DNA from: Candidatus Bathyarchaeia archaeon
GTDB taxonomy: Archaea > Thermoproteota > Bathyarchaeia > Hecatellales > Hecatellaceae
Length of the DNA stretch: 64,000 nt
Direction: 5' to 3'
NCBI GenBank assembly: GCA_038883335.1
Contig: JAVZMI010000006.1
Span: 16,811-80,810 of the forward strand
Made by a program: the position numbers and the translations under genes
Shown here: one piece after another, positions 41,975-51,066 of the stretch
Numbering within the stretch: the stretch's first letter is position 1
Layout: each line of letters begins with the position of its first letter
Notes under the pieces: model-generated
What the model was told of the DNA's origin: nothing
The model's input: the letters and a program-made list of their open reading frames with translations, nothing else
Database searches by the model: none

Positions 41975-44074
41975 TTGTCTTTGGCTGTTCACCTCTGTAA
42001 GCCGTCAAGCACTGAAGGTATCCGGGTGGTGAGAGAGATCTCAAGCGTGAGTACTAAGGGGAGAGCGCTGGTTAAAGAGATAATCTTAGAGGACTTCATG
42101 TCCTATGAGTATGCGAGAATACCCTTAAAGCCAGGTCTTAACATGATCTGCGGCCCTAATGGGTCAGGTAAGTCCTCGATTTTGCTGGCTTTGGCGGTGG
42201 CCTTAGGCCAGGCGTACACGGAGCGTTCGAGGAGGCTTAGCGACCTCATCAGGCGCGGGAAGGATCTAGCCAGGGCGACTATCCTTCTAGACAATACACC
42301 CATTGGAAGCAGCAGACCGATCAAGAGTTACGATTCCGACCTTGTTAGGATCTCCAGATACCTTAGGAGAGATGGCGTATACTGGTATGAAGCTGAGTAT
42401 AGGAATGTAACCAAAGCCGAGATAGTCAGGCTCCTATCAGATCTAGGAATAAACCCTGACAACATGTTAATCATCATGCACCAAAACATGGTAGAAGAAT
42501 TCAGCGTGCTCAACCCTCCTCAAAGATTGAAGATGGTGGAGGACGCCATCGGATTCCAACCTTACCGGGAGAGAATACTTGAAGCCTACAACCAGCTTAC
42601 TAATCTTCTTAGCGAGGAGGAATCTCTAGCCAACCTGATAAACAATGCTGAACAGACCCTCAACTATTGGAGGGGTGAGTATGAAAAATTCCTCCGCAGA
42701 AATGAACTCCTCGAGAGGAGGAGAGAACTCGAAAGCGAACAAGCATGGGCTGAGGTGATTAGAGTTGAGAAAGCACTCAAAGCTCTTAGAGAGAACGCCG
42801 AGAGAAGTGAGAATAGGTTAAAGCAGATCACCCTAGAGCTCAACGAGGCGAAATCCAGAGTTGAGGAAAATAGATCCTACCTCAACAACCTCTGTTTCGA
42901 ACAGAAAAAAGCTTTCCTCACACTTCTGGAGCGGGAGAAAGAGAAAACTGGCAACGAAACTGCACTAACCATAGTGAAAGATCAAATCTCAAGGCTGGAA
43001 GAATGCCGAACCCTGTTAGAAAAAACAGCAAAAGAGCTACAGCGTAAATTTAAAGAGGAGAATGTTGATGTGGAAATGGCAATTCGCTCTCTTAAAGACG
43101 GTGCAGAGGTTCTCTCTAGCTATAGCCACTCTCTGAGAGACTATCTGAAAACAGTCGAGCAGAAGATCCCCAACCTAGAGAGCGCAATAGCTGAAGCCCA
43201 GTCGAGGATAGGTCTAATAGAGGAAGAGAACATTTCAATTCAGGAGAAGTTTGTCGAGGCTAAAGTGGACGAGGTGGTGAAGACTTTTAGAAAGGAGCTC
43301 CTTGAAGAGGAGGTAGCTAAGGTCACTAAAGAGATCAAATCCACAGCAGAGGAGTTAGAGAACCTAACAGCACTTGCGGAGAAAATATCCCCAAGGGTAG
43401 AGACCGAAAGAAGCCCTGCTGAGATCGCTGACGAGATCAAAATGACGCTAGCCAAGCTAGCCTCTATCGGTGAGGTCTCTGAAGATTCTGAGAAAGCTTA
43501 CAGAAACTATCTGCGCCTCTACGAAGAGTTGAAAGGGAAGATTGAGGTAGTCTCGGAGAACCGCCGAAAAGCCCTAGAGGAGGTCGAAGTCAGGAAGCAG
43601 ACATGGAGGCGAATCATCCAGAACTTCATCGAAAAAGTAGACTTGGCATATCAGGAGATACTCTCCAAAATAGGCGCCAGCGGCGGCGTCAGACTTGTAA
43701 ACTTGGACGACATAGAGAGTGCAGGTTTGGAGTTAGTTGTAGGCTTCAGGGGCGCAGCCCCCACCATTTTGGATGCTTACACACAGAGTGGAGGAGAAAG
43801 AACTACCGCCATCATGGCATTCCTCCTAGCTTTGCAACAACATGTCCGCTCGCCAATAAGGGCCGTAGACGAGTTCGAGACACATATGGATCCACGGAAT
43901 CGGGAGATAATCTCAAAACTGATACTCTCCTCTGTTAAGAGCCAGATGGATTTTCAATACATTATAATTACACCTGGGCAGATACTCACCCCAGATCCGG
44001 ATGTTCACGTGATCACCGTCCAAAATATCCAAGGAAGATCCGAGGTGAGAGTTGGTGGCACAGTCGCCGACTAG
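41975..44074 (+). CDS. Short, hinge-less SMC/Rad50-superfamily ATPase (about 660-699 aa)
   Basis: Motifs seen: N-terminal LVKEIILEDFMSYEY, Walker A GPNGSGKSS (nt 42152..), a Q-loop-like IIMHQN, about 370 aa of heptad-rich coiled coil, ABC signature QSGGERT (nt 43784..), and Walker B/D-loop IRAVDEFETHMD. I see no globular hinge and no Rad50 CxxC hook. The true start is probably an internal GTG (about 42026-42047). Confidence 0.8.
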   Translation: MSLAVHLCKPSSTEGIRVVREISSVSTKGRALVKEIILEDFMSYEYARIPLKPGLNMICGPNGSGKSSILLALAVALGQAYTERSRRLSDLIRRGKDLARATILLDNTPIGSSRPIKSYDSDLVRISRYLRRDGVYWYEAEYRNVTKAEIVRLLSDLGINPDNMLIIMHQNMVEEFSVLNPPQRLKMVEDAIGFQPYRERILEAYNQLTNLLSEEESLANLINNAEQTLNYWRGEYEKFLRRNELLERRRELESEQAWAEVIRVEKALKALRENAERSENRLKQITLELNEAKSRVEENRSYLNNLCFEQKKAFLTLLEREKEKTGNETALTIVKDQISRLEECRTLLEKTAKELQRKFKEENVDVEMAIRSLKDGAEVLSSYSHSLRDYLKTVEQKIPNLESAIAEAQSRIGLIEEENISIQEKFVEAKVDEVVKTFRKELLEEEVAKVTKEIKSTAEELENLTALAEKISPRVETERSPAEIADEIKMTLAKLASIGEVSEDSEKAYRNYLRLYEELKGKIEVVSENRRKALEEVEVRKQTWRRIIQNFIEKVDLAYQEILSKIGASGGVRLVNLDDIESAGLELVVGFRGAAPTILDAYTQSGGERTTAIMAFLLALQQHVRSPIRAVDEFETHMDPRNREIISKLILSSVKSQMDFQYIIITPGQILTPDPDVHVITVQNIQGRSEVRVGGTVAD

Positions 44075-44891
44075 CTCTCGGGATGACGGATTAGAATTAC
44101 TCCGGAGAATTATCTCTCTCTGCGAAGACGCACAGCGTCGAAGGTTCAACCCTTTCGAGGTAGAGGTCAAGGAGGCTCTTGAAAAAATTCGCCGATACCT
44201 CCCACGTTGGAGAACCTTCGAGGAGTTCTGCTTGGATAGCGAGGCTGTTAATGGCCTCTCAAAGGTGATAAGGCTTCAGGGTGACTGGATAAAATATAGG
44301 GCTTCTCCAGTCTATGTGGACTCAGACCTGGTGAAGTTTAAGATCAAAGTCTTAACCACCGAGCAGTTAGCGGGATTGTTCCTCGAGGCTTGGCGTCCCA
44401 TCCTAACTATAGAACAGATATCCACCACGAAGTTGAGAGAGGCGCTGGAATACTGGAATCTACTCCCACTTCTTGAGGATAAGTCCCTGAAGCTTAGAGA
44501 ACCCCAACCTGCCTCTTCTGAGCCTTTAAAGGTGGACGAACTACTTCGCCTAGGACTACTCCCAAGCAAAGAATTTAATGATATATTGATGGCTATGTGG
44601 CAGGAGCTGAAGGAAAAGGCTGGGGGTGACGGTAGGATTTCGTACTGGGATTTCATCTGTGCTGAAACCTATGACGAGACATTAGCCCGAGCCTATATGA
44701 CTAGCTTTCTCGTCACCTACGGCTACGCCAACTTGGAGGTTAACCCCTTAGAGGACTCCATACTCATAATTCCTTATGAGAGACAGAAGACACCTGAGCC
44801 TGGGCAACCATCCGTATCGGTTACTATCCCGGTAAACTATGAAGTGTGGAGGCGTTGGAAGTTGGGAGGTGAAAGACGCCAAGTTGGGTGA
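44052..44891 (+). CDS. Kleisin-like (ScpA-like) protein
   Basis: It overlaps the SMC-like gene's end. The N-terminal helical segment is LELLRRIISLCEDAQRRRFNPFEVEVKEALEKIRRYL. The C-terminal segment, YDETLARAYMTSFLVTYGYANLEVNPLEDSILIIP, resembles the kleisin C-terminal winged helix (ScpA 'FLALLEL.k.g.v.l.Q'). Confidence 0.5.
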   Translation: MVAQSPTSSRDDGLELLRRIISLCEDAQRRRFNPFEVEVKEALEKIRRYLPRWRTFEEFCLDSEAVNGLSKVIRLQGDWIKYRASPVYVDSDLVKFKIKVLTTEQLAGLFLEAWRPILTIEQISTTKLREALEYWNLLPLLEDKSLKLREPQPASSEPLKVDELLRLGLLPSKEFNDILMAMWQELKEKAGGDGRISYWDFICAETYDETLARAYMTSFLVTYGYANLEVNPLEDSILIIPYERQKTPEPGQPSVSVTIPVNYEVWRRWKLGGERRQVG

Positions 44892-45483
44892 AGAAGATGT
44901 TACCTATGCTAGAAAGGTGAAGAGAGCTGCTCAGCTCCTCCTCTTCCAGAGGCACAGAAAGCCAGGTATGAAGGGGTGGGAGCTAAAGAAGAACCTGGGG
45001 CGAGACTATATGAAGATTATAGAGCTTCTCAACCTCCAATTGGAGAGGCTAGGGCTTCGTGTTAAGACTGTGTATGAAGAGCCTTCAACACCGGCTAGTC
45101 CGAGCGATGAACAGCTGGAAAGGGCACGATTCTTTGTTACATTGGACGAACCCATGACTACTGGTGATATGTCTTCAAGTGGTCTGAGGATAGATGATAT
45201 AGCTGTCCTCTCGGTGGCGATAGCCTATATAATCTCCAAGCAGGGGAAGGCGTTGAGGAGAGAGGTTAAGGAGCTCCTAACGGATAAGATACCGGAGTGG
45301 AGGGTTGACCTTAATCTTGACAGGTTCATAAAGAGAGGCTACCTCTTCGAGGATGAGGAGGGCCTCCTCCACCTCGACTGGAGAACTAGGGCTGAGGTTG
45401 ACCTCAACGCCCTAACTGAACTAATGCTGGCGAAGCAGCCACCTGCCAGAAAAAAGGAAGATGTAGGGGATATAACTGCCTAG
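44839..45483 (+). CDS. ScpB/KITE-like tandem winged-helix protein
   Basis: KRAAQLLLFQRHRKPGMKGWELKKNL...IIELLNLQLERLGLRVKTV resembles ScpB WH1. IAVLSVAIAYIISKQGKALRREVKELL...FIKRGYL resembles ScpB WH2. The likely start is the TTG at 44884, overlapping the kleisin stop. Confidence 0.45.
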   Translation: MKCGGVGSWEVKDAKLGEEDVTYARKVKRAAQLLLFQRHRKPGMKGWELKKNLGRDYMKIIELLNLQLERLGLRVKTVYEEPSTPASPSDEQLERARFFVTLDEPMTTGDMSSSGLRIDDIAVLSVAIAYIISKQGKALRREVKELLTDKIPEWRVDLNLDRFIKRGYLFEDEEGLLHLDWRTRAEVDLNALTELMLAKQPPARKKEDVGDITA

Positions 45484-45494
45484 ACAATTACGCA

Positions 45495-46061
45495 TTACTC
45501 TTTAGCTATCATAACCTCGGTGGACTTCACAACCGCCCTCACAGAGTCGCCCACTTTGAGACACAACTCCTCAACGGCTTCCTTGGTGATAACGGCTGTA
45601 ATGAGTGTTGGAGTTAAGATCTCCACCTCTATCTTAGCTGTTACAGCCCCCACCTCCACCCTCCTCACGACACCTTCTAACTGGTTTCTGGCACTCAATT
45701 TCAAACTTACCGCCTCCCAGTATTCTCTATCTCTCAACGCATCTGAGACATACCTCTCGACACGGCGGTACTCGTGAAGCAGAGCAATACCCACCTCTGT
45801 AAGCTCAGCCCCACCGCCACCAGCACTGCCGCCTCTTCGCGTCCGTATGATTGGCTGCCCCACCGCCTTCTCTATCTCCGCGAGGCGATCCCACACGTAT
45901 TTATAGGACATACCTATGCTCTCAGACGCTTTGGTTATAGAGCCAGTTTGTGCTATGGCTTCGAGAATCTCAGCGCCACCCTTACCTATAGCTGGTCTTC
46001 CCTCCTGCTCCAACCAGATTTTGAACGCTGGAGCCCATTTACCGCCGGGTTCTTTTGGCAT
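45495..46061 (-). CDS. modE: ModE-like molybdate/tungstate-responsive regulator (HTH plus one Mop/TOBE domain)
   Basis: The N-terminal HTH is GKGGAEILEAIAQTGSITKASESIGMSYKYVWDRLAEIEK...GGAELTEVG. The C-terminal Mop domain is LSARNQLEGVVRRVEVGAVTAKIEVEI. It is divergent from tupABC. Confidence 0.75.
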   Translation of the reverse strand: MPKEPGGKWAPAFKIWLEQEGRPAIGKGGAEILEAIAQTGSITKASESIGMSYKYVWDRLAEIEKAVGQPIIRTRRGGSAGGGGAELTEVGIALLHEYRRVERYVSDALRDREYWEAVSLKLSARNQLEGVVRRVEVGAVTAKIEVEILTPTLITAVITKEAVEELCLKVGDSVRAVVKSTEVMIAKE

Positions 46062-46120
46062 CTTTTCGGGTAGTTTTTAATAGGAAATCATTGATATGAT
46101 TATTCCTTCGAAATATACAG

Positions 46121-47134
46121 GTGAACATAACGGTGAGCCACGTTACAAAGAAGCATATCGCCATAACAGTTTTTGTAATCGCATCTGTTTCGGCAACTGG
46201 AATCTTACTAAGTTTGAGCGGCTCGAGTGAGAGACCTAAGCTCATAGTGTCCACGACAACAAGCCTCTATGACACCGGGCTCCTCGACGCCCTCGAGGAC
46301 GATTTCGAAGACAGATATCGGATAGATGTATACTTTATTCCTGCCGGAACTGGTCTCGCTATAACACATGCAAGAAGAGGGGACTCTGACATGATACTTG
46401 TTCACGCTCCATCTCAGGAGCTTGAATTCATTGAAAGTGGCTACGGTGTTTGTAGGAAGATATTTGCCTATAACTTCTTCGCGATAGTTGGGCCACCTGA
46501 GGACCCTGCATCTATCTCGGGGCTCTCGACGCCCGAAGCGTTAGTAAAGATTTTTGAGGCTGGTAGGACTGATATTGCCCAATGGGTTTCTAGGGGAGAT
46601 GGATCTGGCACACACCTCAAGGAGGAAGAACTCTGGGCTGCTGCAGGTTACAATATCACCACTCTCAGGGATGAGAGGTGGTACCACGAGTCGGGCACAG
46701 GGATGGGGGATACCCTCCGCATCGCTAACGAAATGGGAGCGTACACGCTCACCGACATGGGCACATATTTAAAGTACAAGCGGGACGGGTTGATTGGGCT
46801 GGTGGTTTTGGTTGGGCAAGATAAAGAACTTCTCAACGCATATAGCGCCATCGCGGTTAGTCCGGATGTGAACCCTGAAGTTAACTTTGAGGGCGCCCTC
46901 ACTTTCATACGATACCTAACATCAGACGATGGGCAAGAGGTGATTGCCAACTATGGTCTGGAAGAATATGGAAAGCCCCTCTTTCAACCAGCTGTAAAAT
47001 TACTAAAAGAGAGAACTGACCCTACGTTAGCTGAGTGGGTTGAGCGATATGCCTGCTTCAATGGAACGGAATGCCCGTGCCAATGCTGCCGCAGTTATCC
47101 TGAGCTATACTTGAAGAGCGCCATTCTAAGTTAA
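46121..47134 (+). CDS. tupA: Tungstate ABC transporter substrate-binding protein (TupA type)
   Basis: An N-terminal signal/anchor helix, then VSTTTSLYDTGLLDALEDDFE...AGTGLAITHARRGDSDMILVHAPSQELEFIESGYG...FFAIVGPPEDPA. This matches the TupA TTTS...GTG...HA pattern. Confidence 0.75.
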   Translation: MNITVSHVTKKHIAITVFVIASVSATGILLSLSGSSERPKLIVSTTTSLYDTGLLDALEDDFEDRYRIDVYFIPAGTGLAITHARRGDSDMILVHAPSQELEFIESGYGVCRKIFAYNFFAIVGPPEDPASISGLSTPEALVKIFEAGRTDIAQWVSRGDGSGTHLKEEELWAAAGYNITTLRDERWYHESGTGMGDTLRIANEMGAYTLTDMGTYLKYKRDGLIGLVVLVGQDKELLNAYSAIAVSPDVNPEVNFEGALTFIRYLTSDDGQEVIANYGLEEYGKPLFQPAVKLLKERTDPTLAEWVERYACFNGTECPCQCCRSYPELYLKSAILS

Positions 47135-47136
47135 AG

Positions 47137-47826
47137 ATGAACTCAGATATACTTGAAGGCGTCTCCAAGGCTTGGGAGCTCATCGCTGCTGGAGATGCAA
47201 CACTTATCGAGATCACTTTGAGATCTATCTACGTCTCAACCTCTGCAACATTGTTAGCGGCGGCGTGGGGGCTCCCCATCGCAGCAGCCACCGCGATGAG
47301 AGATTTCTGGGGTAAACGTGCCTTAACCAGCCTGTTTAACGCCTTGCTGGGTTTACCGACTGTGGCGTTAGGGCTTGTCCTTTATCTAGCCTTCTCTCGG
47401 TCAGGGCCCCTAGGGTCTCTGGAGCTGCTCTATACTCCCACTTGCATAATTATAGGTCAAGCTTTACTGGTGACTCCCATCATGGTAAGTTTCACTATTA
47501 GCGCATTGGGTATGGTTGGCCGAGAGGTAAGGGATCTTGCCAGGACCCTCGGCGCCTCGGAGGGTAAAGCTTCTCTGGCTGTCTTGAGGGAAGCAGTGAG
47601 TGAGGTCACGTTGGCGGTGATTGCGTGCTTCAATAGGGCGATAGCTGAACTTGGCATAGCCCTCATGGTGGGTGGAAATATTCGAGGTCTTACGAGGGTC
47701 TTGACGACTACAATTGCTTTGGAGACAACCCGCGGGGAGATTGCACTCAGCATAGCCCTAACTCTGATACTCTTGCTCATAGTATTCGCCTTAAGCATTA
47801 CAGTCAACCTAATTCGGAGGTCTTGA
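47137..47826 (+). CDS. tupB: Tungstate ABC transporter permease (TupB type)
   Basis: 229 aa, about 5 TM segments, an EAA-like loop (LGASEGKASLAVLREA), operon position. Confidence 0.75.
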   Translation: MNSDILEGVSKAWELIAAGDATLIEITLRSIYVSTSATLLAAAWGLPIAAATAMRDFWGKRALTSLFNALLGLPTVALGLVLYLAFSRSGPLGSLELLYTPTCIIIGQALLVTPIMVSFTISALGMVGREVRDLARTLGASEGKASLAVLREAVSEVTLAVIACFNRAIAELGIALMVGGNIRGLTRVLTTTIALETTRGEIALSIALTLILLLIVFALSITVNLIRRS

Positions 47827-47829
47827 CTG

Positions 47830-48549
47830 GTGATTCAAGCCTTCCTCAAAAACGTCGTTAAACTTTATGGTGCAAACCCAGCGTTGGATGGTGTAACTCT
47901 CGAGGTGCGGAGGGGAGAGATCATGACGTTGATGGGGGCTAATGGGGCTGGAAAAACTACTCTACTAAGGATCTTGGCCGCCCTCGAAATTCCAACCCGA
48001 GGGGAGGTCTACTATAAGGGCGTAAGGCTGGACGAAGGCAATATAGGCCGCCTGAGAGGGCAGGCTACAATGGTATTCCAACAGGCGGTCATGTTCAGCA
48101 CAACAGTCTATAGGAATATCGCATACGGGTTGAGGCTTAGGGGCCTCCCTAGAGGTGAGGTGGATAGGAAGGTGAGAGATGCCATGAGGTTGATGGGGTT
48201 AGAAGGCTATGGTGATAGGCCAGCGAAGAAGCTTTCGAGTGGGGAACAGCAGAGGGTCGCCTTAGCTAGGGCTCTTGTACTAGAGCCGGAGATCCTAGCG
48301 TTGGACGAGCCTACGGCAAACTTGGATGCCAAAAACGCCGCCGTGATCGAGGAGGTGATCAAAACAAATAAAAAAACCTGTGCAACAGTTCTGGCAACTC
48401 ATAATCTCTTCCAAGCTAAGCGGCTCTCCGACAGGATCGCCTACCTGGCGGGTGGCAAGATCATCGAGGAGGGCACGGTCGATGAGGTAATAGAGAGACC
48501 GAGGGAAGAAGCGACAAGGAAGTTCATAAGAGGCGAGACGGCCTTTTAG
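47830..48549 (+). CDS. tupC: ABC transporter ATP-binding protein (TupC type)
   Basis: Walker A is GANGAGKTT. Signature is LSSGEQQRVALARAL. Walker B is ILALDEPT. Confidence 0.8.
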   Translation: MIQAFLKNVVKLYGANPALDGVTLEVRRGEIMTLMGANGAGKTTLLRILAALEIPTRGEVYYKGVRLDEGNIGRLRGQATMVFQQAVMFSTTVYRNIAYGLRLRGLPRGEVDRKVRDAMRLMGLEGYGDRPAKKLSSGEQQRVALARALVLEPEILALDEPTANLDAKNAAVIEEVIKTNKKTCATVLATHNLFQAKRLSDRIAYLAGGKIIEEGTVDEVIERPREEATRKFIRGETAF

Positions 48550-48599
48550 TTATAGGGCTTCATGGACAGGTCGCCGCTTCTTTTGGAGCCTTGGAGTTG

Positions 48600-49307
48600 T
48601 TACTGGTTTTCCTTTCCTAGGAGCTTCTTGCATAGAGGTATGGCGCCTACTGCGTCCTCACTGTAGCCATTGGCGCCAACTTCCTCTGCGTACTCTCTAG
48701 TGACGGCAGACCCGCCCACGATGACCTTCACATCGTCCTTCAAGCCGGCAGACTCAACCTCCTTGATGGTTTCGCGTATGCTCTTTAGGGAGGAAGTCAA
48801 GAGGGCTGATAGCCCCAAAATTTCGGCTTTCGTCTCTTTCACTTTCTCAACGAACTTCTTGGGTGGGACGTCGACCCCTATGTCGTGGACGGTGAAGCCT
48901 GCTGACTTGAGCATCGTTGCTACTATGTTTTTTCCTATGTCGTGGACGTCTCCTTCTACGGTGCCGATCACAATGGAGGCTAGGGATCTCACCTTCGAAT
49001 CTGATTGAAGGAGGGGTTCTATAAGTCTCAAGCCTTTGTTGAAGGTCTCAGCCGCCATTATGAGGTCTGCTAGGAAGTAGTCTCCTGCCTCAAATCGCTC
49101 TCCTACAGCCCGCATAGCCTCAGTCATCACCTCAAGAACCTTGATGGGTGCAGCTCCTTTATCGAGTGCGGCTTTCACAGCTGCCTCGACAATTTCGACC
49201 TCATGCTCCAGCACCGCTCTCCTCAACTCCTCTAGTTCGCCTTCGAACTCCAACCTGCTTACACCTCCAAGCGTAGGTAAGCTACCTGCGGGTCCATCAG
49301 TTCTCAT
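48600..49307 (-). CDS. Corrinoid (B12)-binding protein of the methyltransferase-cognate type
   Basis: N-terminal helical cap, then GTVEGDVHDIGKNIV (DxHxxG), GLSALLTSS (SxL) and VIVGGSAV (GG). Confidence 0.8.
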   Translation of the reverse strand: MRTDGPAGSLPTLGGVSRLEFEGELEELRRAVLEHEVEIVEAAVKAALDKGAAPIKVLEVMTEAMRAVGERFEAGDYFLADLIMAAETFNKGLRLIEPLLQSDSKVRSLASIVIGTVEGDVHDIGKNIVATMLKSAGFTVHDIGVDVPPKKFVEKVKETKAEILGLSALLTSSLKSIRETIKEVESAGLKDDVKVIVGGSAVTREYAEEVGANGYSEDAVGAIPLCKKLLGKENQ

Positions 49308-49372
49308 AAATAGGATGCGTTAGGTGTGTTATAAGAAAATCTTAAGTTCAATTACGCCTTTACATCCTGGTA

Positions 49373-49449
49373 GCCCAGGTAGCTCAGCTTGGGAGAGCGC
49401 CCGGCTGAAGACCGGGTTGTCGCAGGTTCAAGTCCTGCCCTGGGCACCA
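49373..49449 (+). tRNA. tRNA-Phe (anticodon GAA), with a genomically encoded 3' CCA
   Basis: Hand-folded cloverleaf. Acceptor stem GCCCAGG/CCTGGGC, D arm GCTC-AGCTTGGGA-GAGC, anticodon stem CCCGG/CCGGG with loop CTGAAGA, variable loop TTGTC, T arm GCAGG-TTCAAGT-CCTGC, discriminator A, then CCA. Confidence 0.9.
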
Positions 49450-49620
49450 TTCAGATTGACACGAGCAAATCTTTAGGTTTCTCTAACTGGGAGGAGAGTT
49501 TTACTATTCGCTATGCATGGTTCACGTCTATTATGTGCAAAGCCGCCGCAGTTAGCCTTAAATAGGCTATTAGCTTAGCTCTTTTATGAGTTTAAAAAGA
49601 TTTTTCTAAAGAGGTAGCTT

Positions 49621-51033
49621 ATGAGTTTAAAACGTACCAAGACTGGTATTAAGGGTTTAGACTCTTATACTGGCGGCTTTACAGAGGGCAGCCTAATTAT
49701 GCTGTCGGGCGAAGCTGGAACCGGTAAAACAATTTTTTCAGCCGAATTTATATATCGCGGCGCAGAGAACGGTGAGAACGGCGTATATCTCAGCTTCGCT
49801 GAGACGCGCGAGGTATTTTATAGTAACATGCGTAGCTTCGGCTGGGATTTTGAGAGGCTGGAAAAGGAGGGTAAATTCAAGTTTTTAGAAACGCCATCAA
49901 TGCGTGAGGAGGGGGTCTCCTCCATGCTGGAGATGGTTCTAGATGAAGTTCGCAGCTTAGGAGCGAAGAGACTCGCGGTAGACTCGTTCTCTGCATTGGC
50001 TCAAGCCTTTAAGGAGCGTATAGACGTCCGCATAGTGCTCCATACGGTTCTAGACAAAATAATCAAGCAAGCAAAGTGTACCACGGTTCTAATCGTCGAA
50101 ATACCCAAGGGCACAAACCAGTTAGGGCTAGGTATGGAGGAGTTTGTCGCAGACTGCATAATCAAACTTTCGAGGCGAGAGTTTGAGGGACAGCTGCTTA
50201 GAGAGTTAGAGTTACTGAAGCTTCGCGGAGCTGAGATCAGACAGTCTAAAATCGCCTTCACCCTCAAAGGCGGATTCAAAATGTTAACCCCTCTGACCTC
50301 GGAAGGCGATATAGAAGAGCCCAAGAGGTATAGACCCATTCCCAACACTGAAACTCACATCTCATCGGGCGTTCGAGACTTGGACGAGATTATTGGGGGA
50401 GGAGCTAGGATTGGAACCTATAATCTATTTGAGGTTGGTAGAGATGTACCCTTCTCCATAACCCGCCTCGTACGGTCGATGATCTATAACTGCGTCAGCC
50501 AAGACTATGGTGTAGTCATCCTTCCGCCGAGAGGAGTAAGTGCACACAGAGTTAAAGCCCGTATGGCACCCATGCTAGGGGATGAAGCTTTCGAGCACTA
50601 CGTTAGAATAGTTGATTTCGGCGAGGAGGCTAAGGCTCCCTATATTGTGAATTTGGAGGGTAAATCCATCCGTGAAGACTTTGAACTGTTCTGGGGTGCA
50701 ACCTCCAAGCTTAGAGAAAAGACAGGCAAGCCTGTGTTTTCCGTTGTTGGATTCGACTCTCTTGAGTACATGTATGGCCGAGATGAGGCATTGAAGATCC
50801 TCGGCCGAGATGTTACACTTACCAGAAACTTTAACGATGTGAGGCTTAACATCATAAGACCGACTATCACCCTTGCGGATCAACTCAGAGCCCTAGCTGA
50901 CATCTACTTCAAAGTCGACGAGATCGACGGAGCTATATTTCTACGCGGTGTGAAACCAAAGACGCCTTTATACAGTTTCAATGTGTCAACATGTCAGGGC
51001 GTATCTGAGGTGAAACTTATACCGGTGGTATAG
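49621..51033 (+). CDS. KaiC-like/RecA-superfamily ATPase; the second domain lacks a P-loop
   Basis: The N-terminal domain has IKGLDSYTGGFTEGSLIMLSGEAGTGKT (Walker A) and TTVLIVEIP (Walker B-like). The second half starts with a KaiC-like ISSGVRDLDEIIGGG but has no GxxGxGKT. Confidence 0.75.
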   Translation: MSLKRTKTGIKGLDSYTGGFTEGSLIMLSGEAGTGKTIFSAEFIYRGAENGENGVYLSFAETREVFYSNMRSFGWDFERLEKEGKFKFLETPSMREEGVSSMLEMVLDEVRSLGAKRLAVDSFSALAQAFKERIDVRIVLHTVLDKIIKQAKCTTVLIVEIPKGTNQLGLGMEEFVADCIIKLSRREFEGQLLRELELLKLRGAEIRQSKIAFTLKGGFKMLTPLTSEGDIEEPKRYRPIPNTETHISSGVRDLDEIIGGGARIGTYNLFEVGRDVPFSITRLVRSMIYNCVSQDYGVVILPPRGVSAHRVKARMAPMLGDEAFEHYVRIVDFGEEAKAPYIVNLEGKSIREDFELFWGATSKLREKTGKPVFSVVGFDSLEYMYGRDEALKILGRDVTLTRNFNDVRLNIIRPTITLADQLRALADIYFKVDEIDGAIFLRGVKPKTPLYSFNVSTCQGVSEVKLIPVV

Positions 51034-51066
51034 CCAACTCGCCAGGTAGAAGTATATGGTGAAAGT

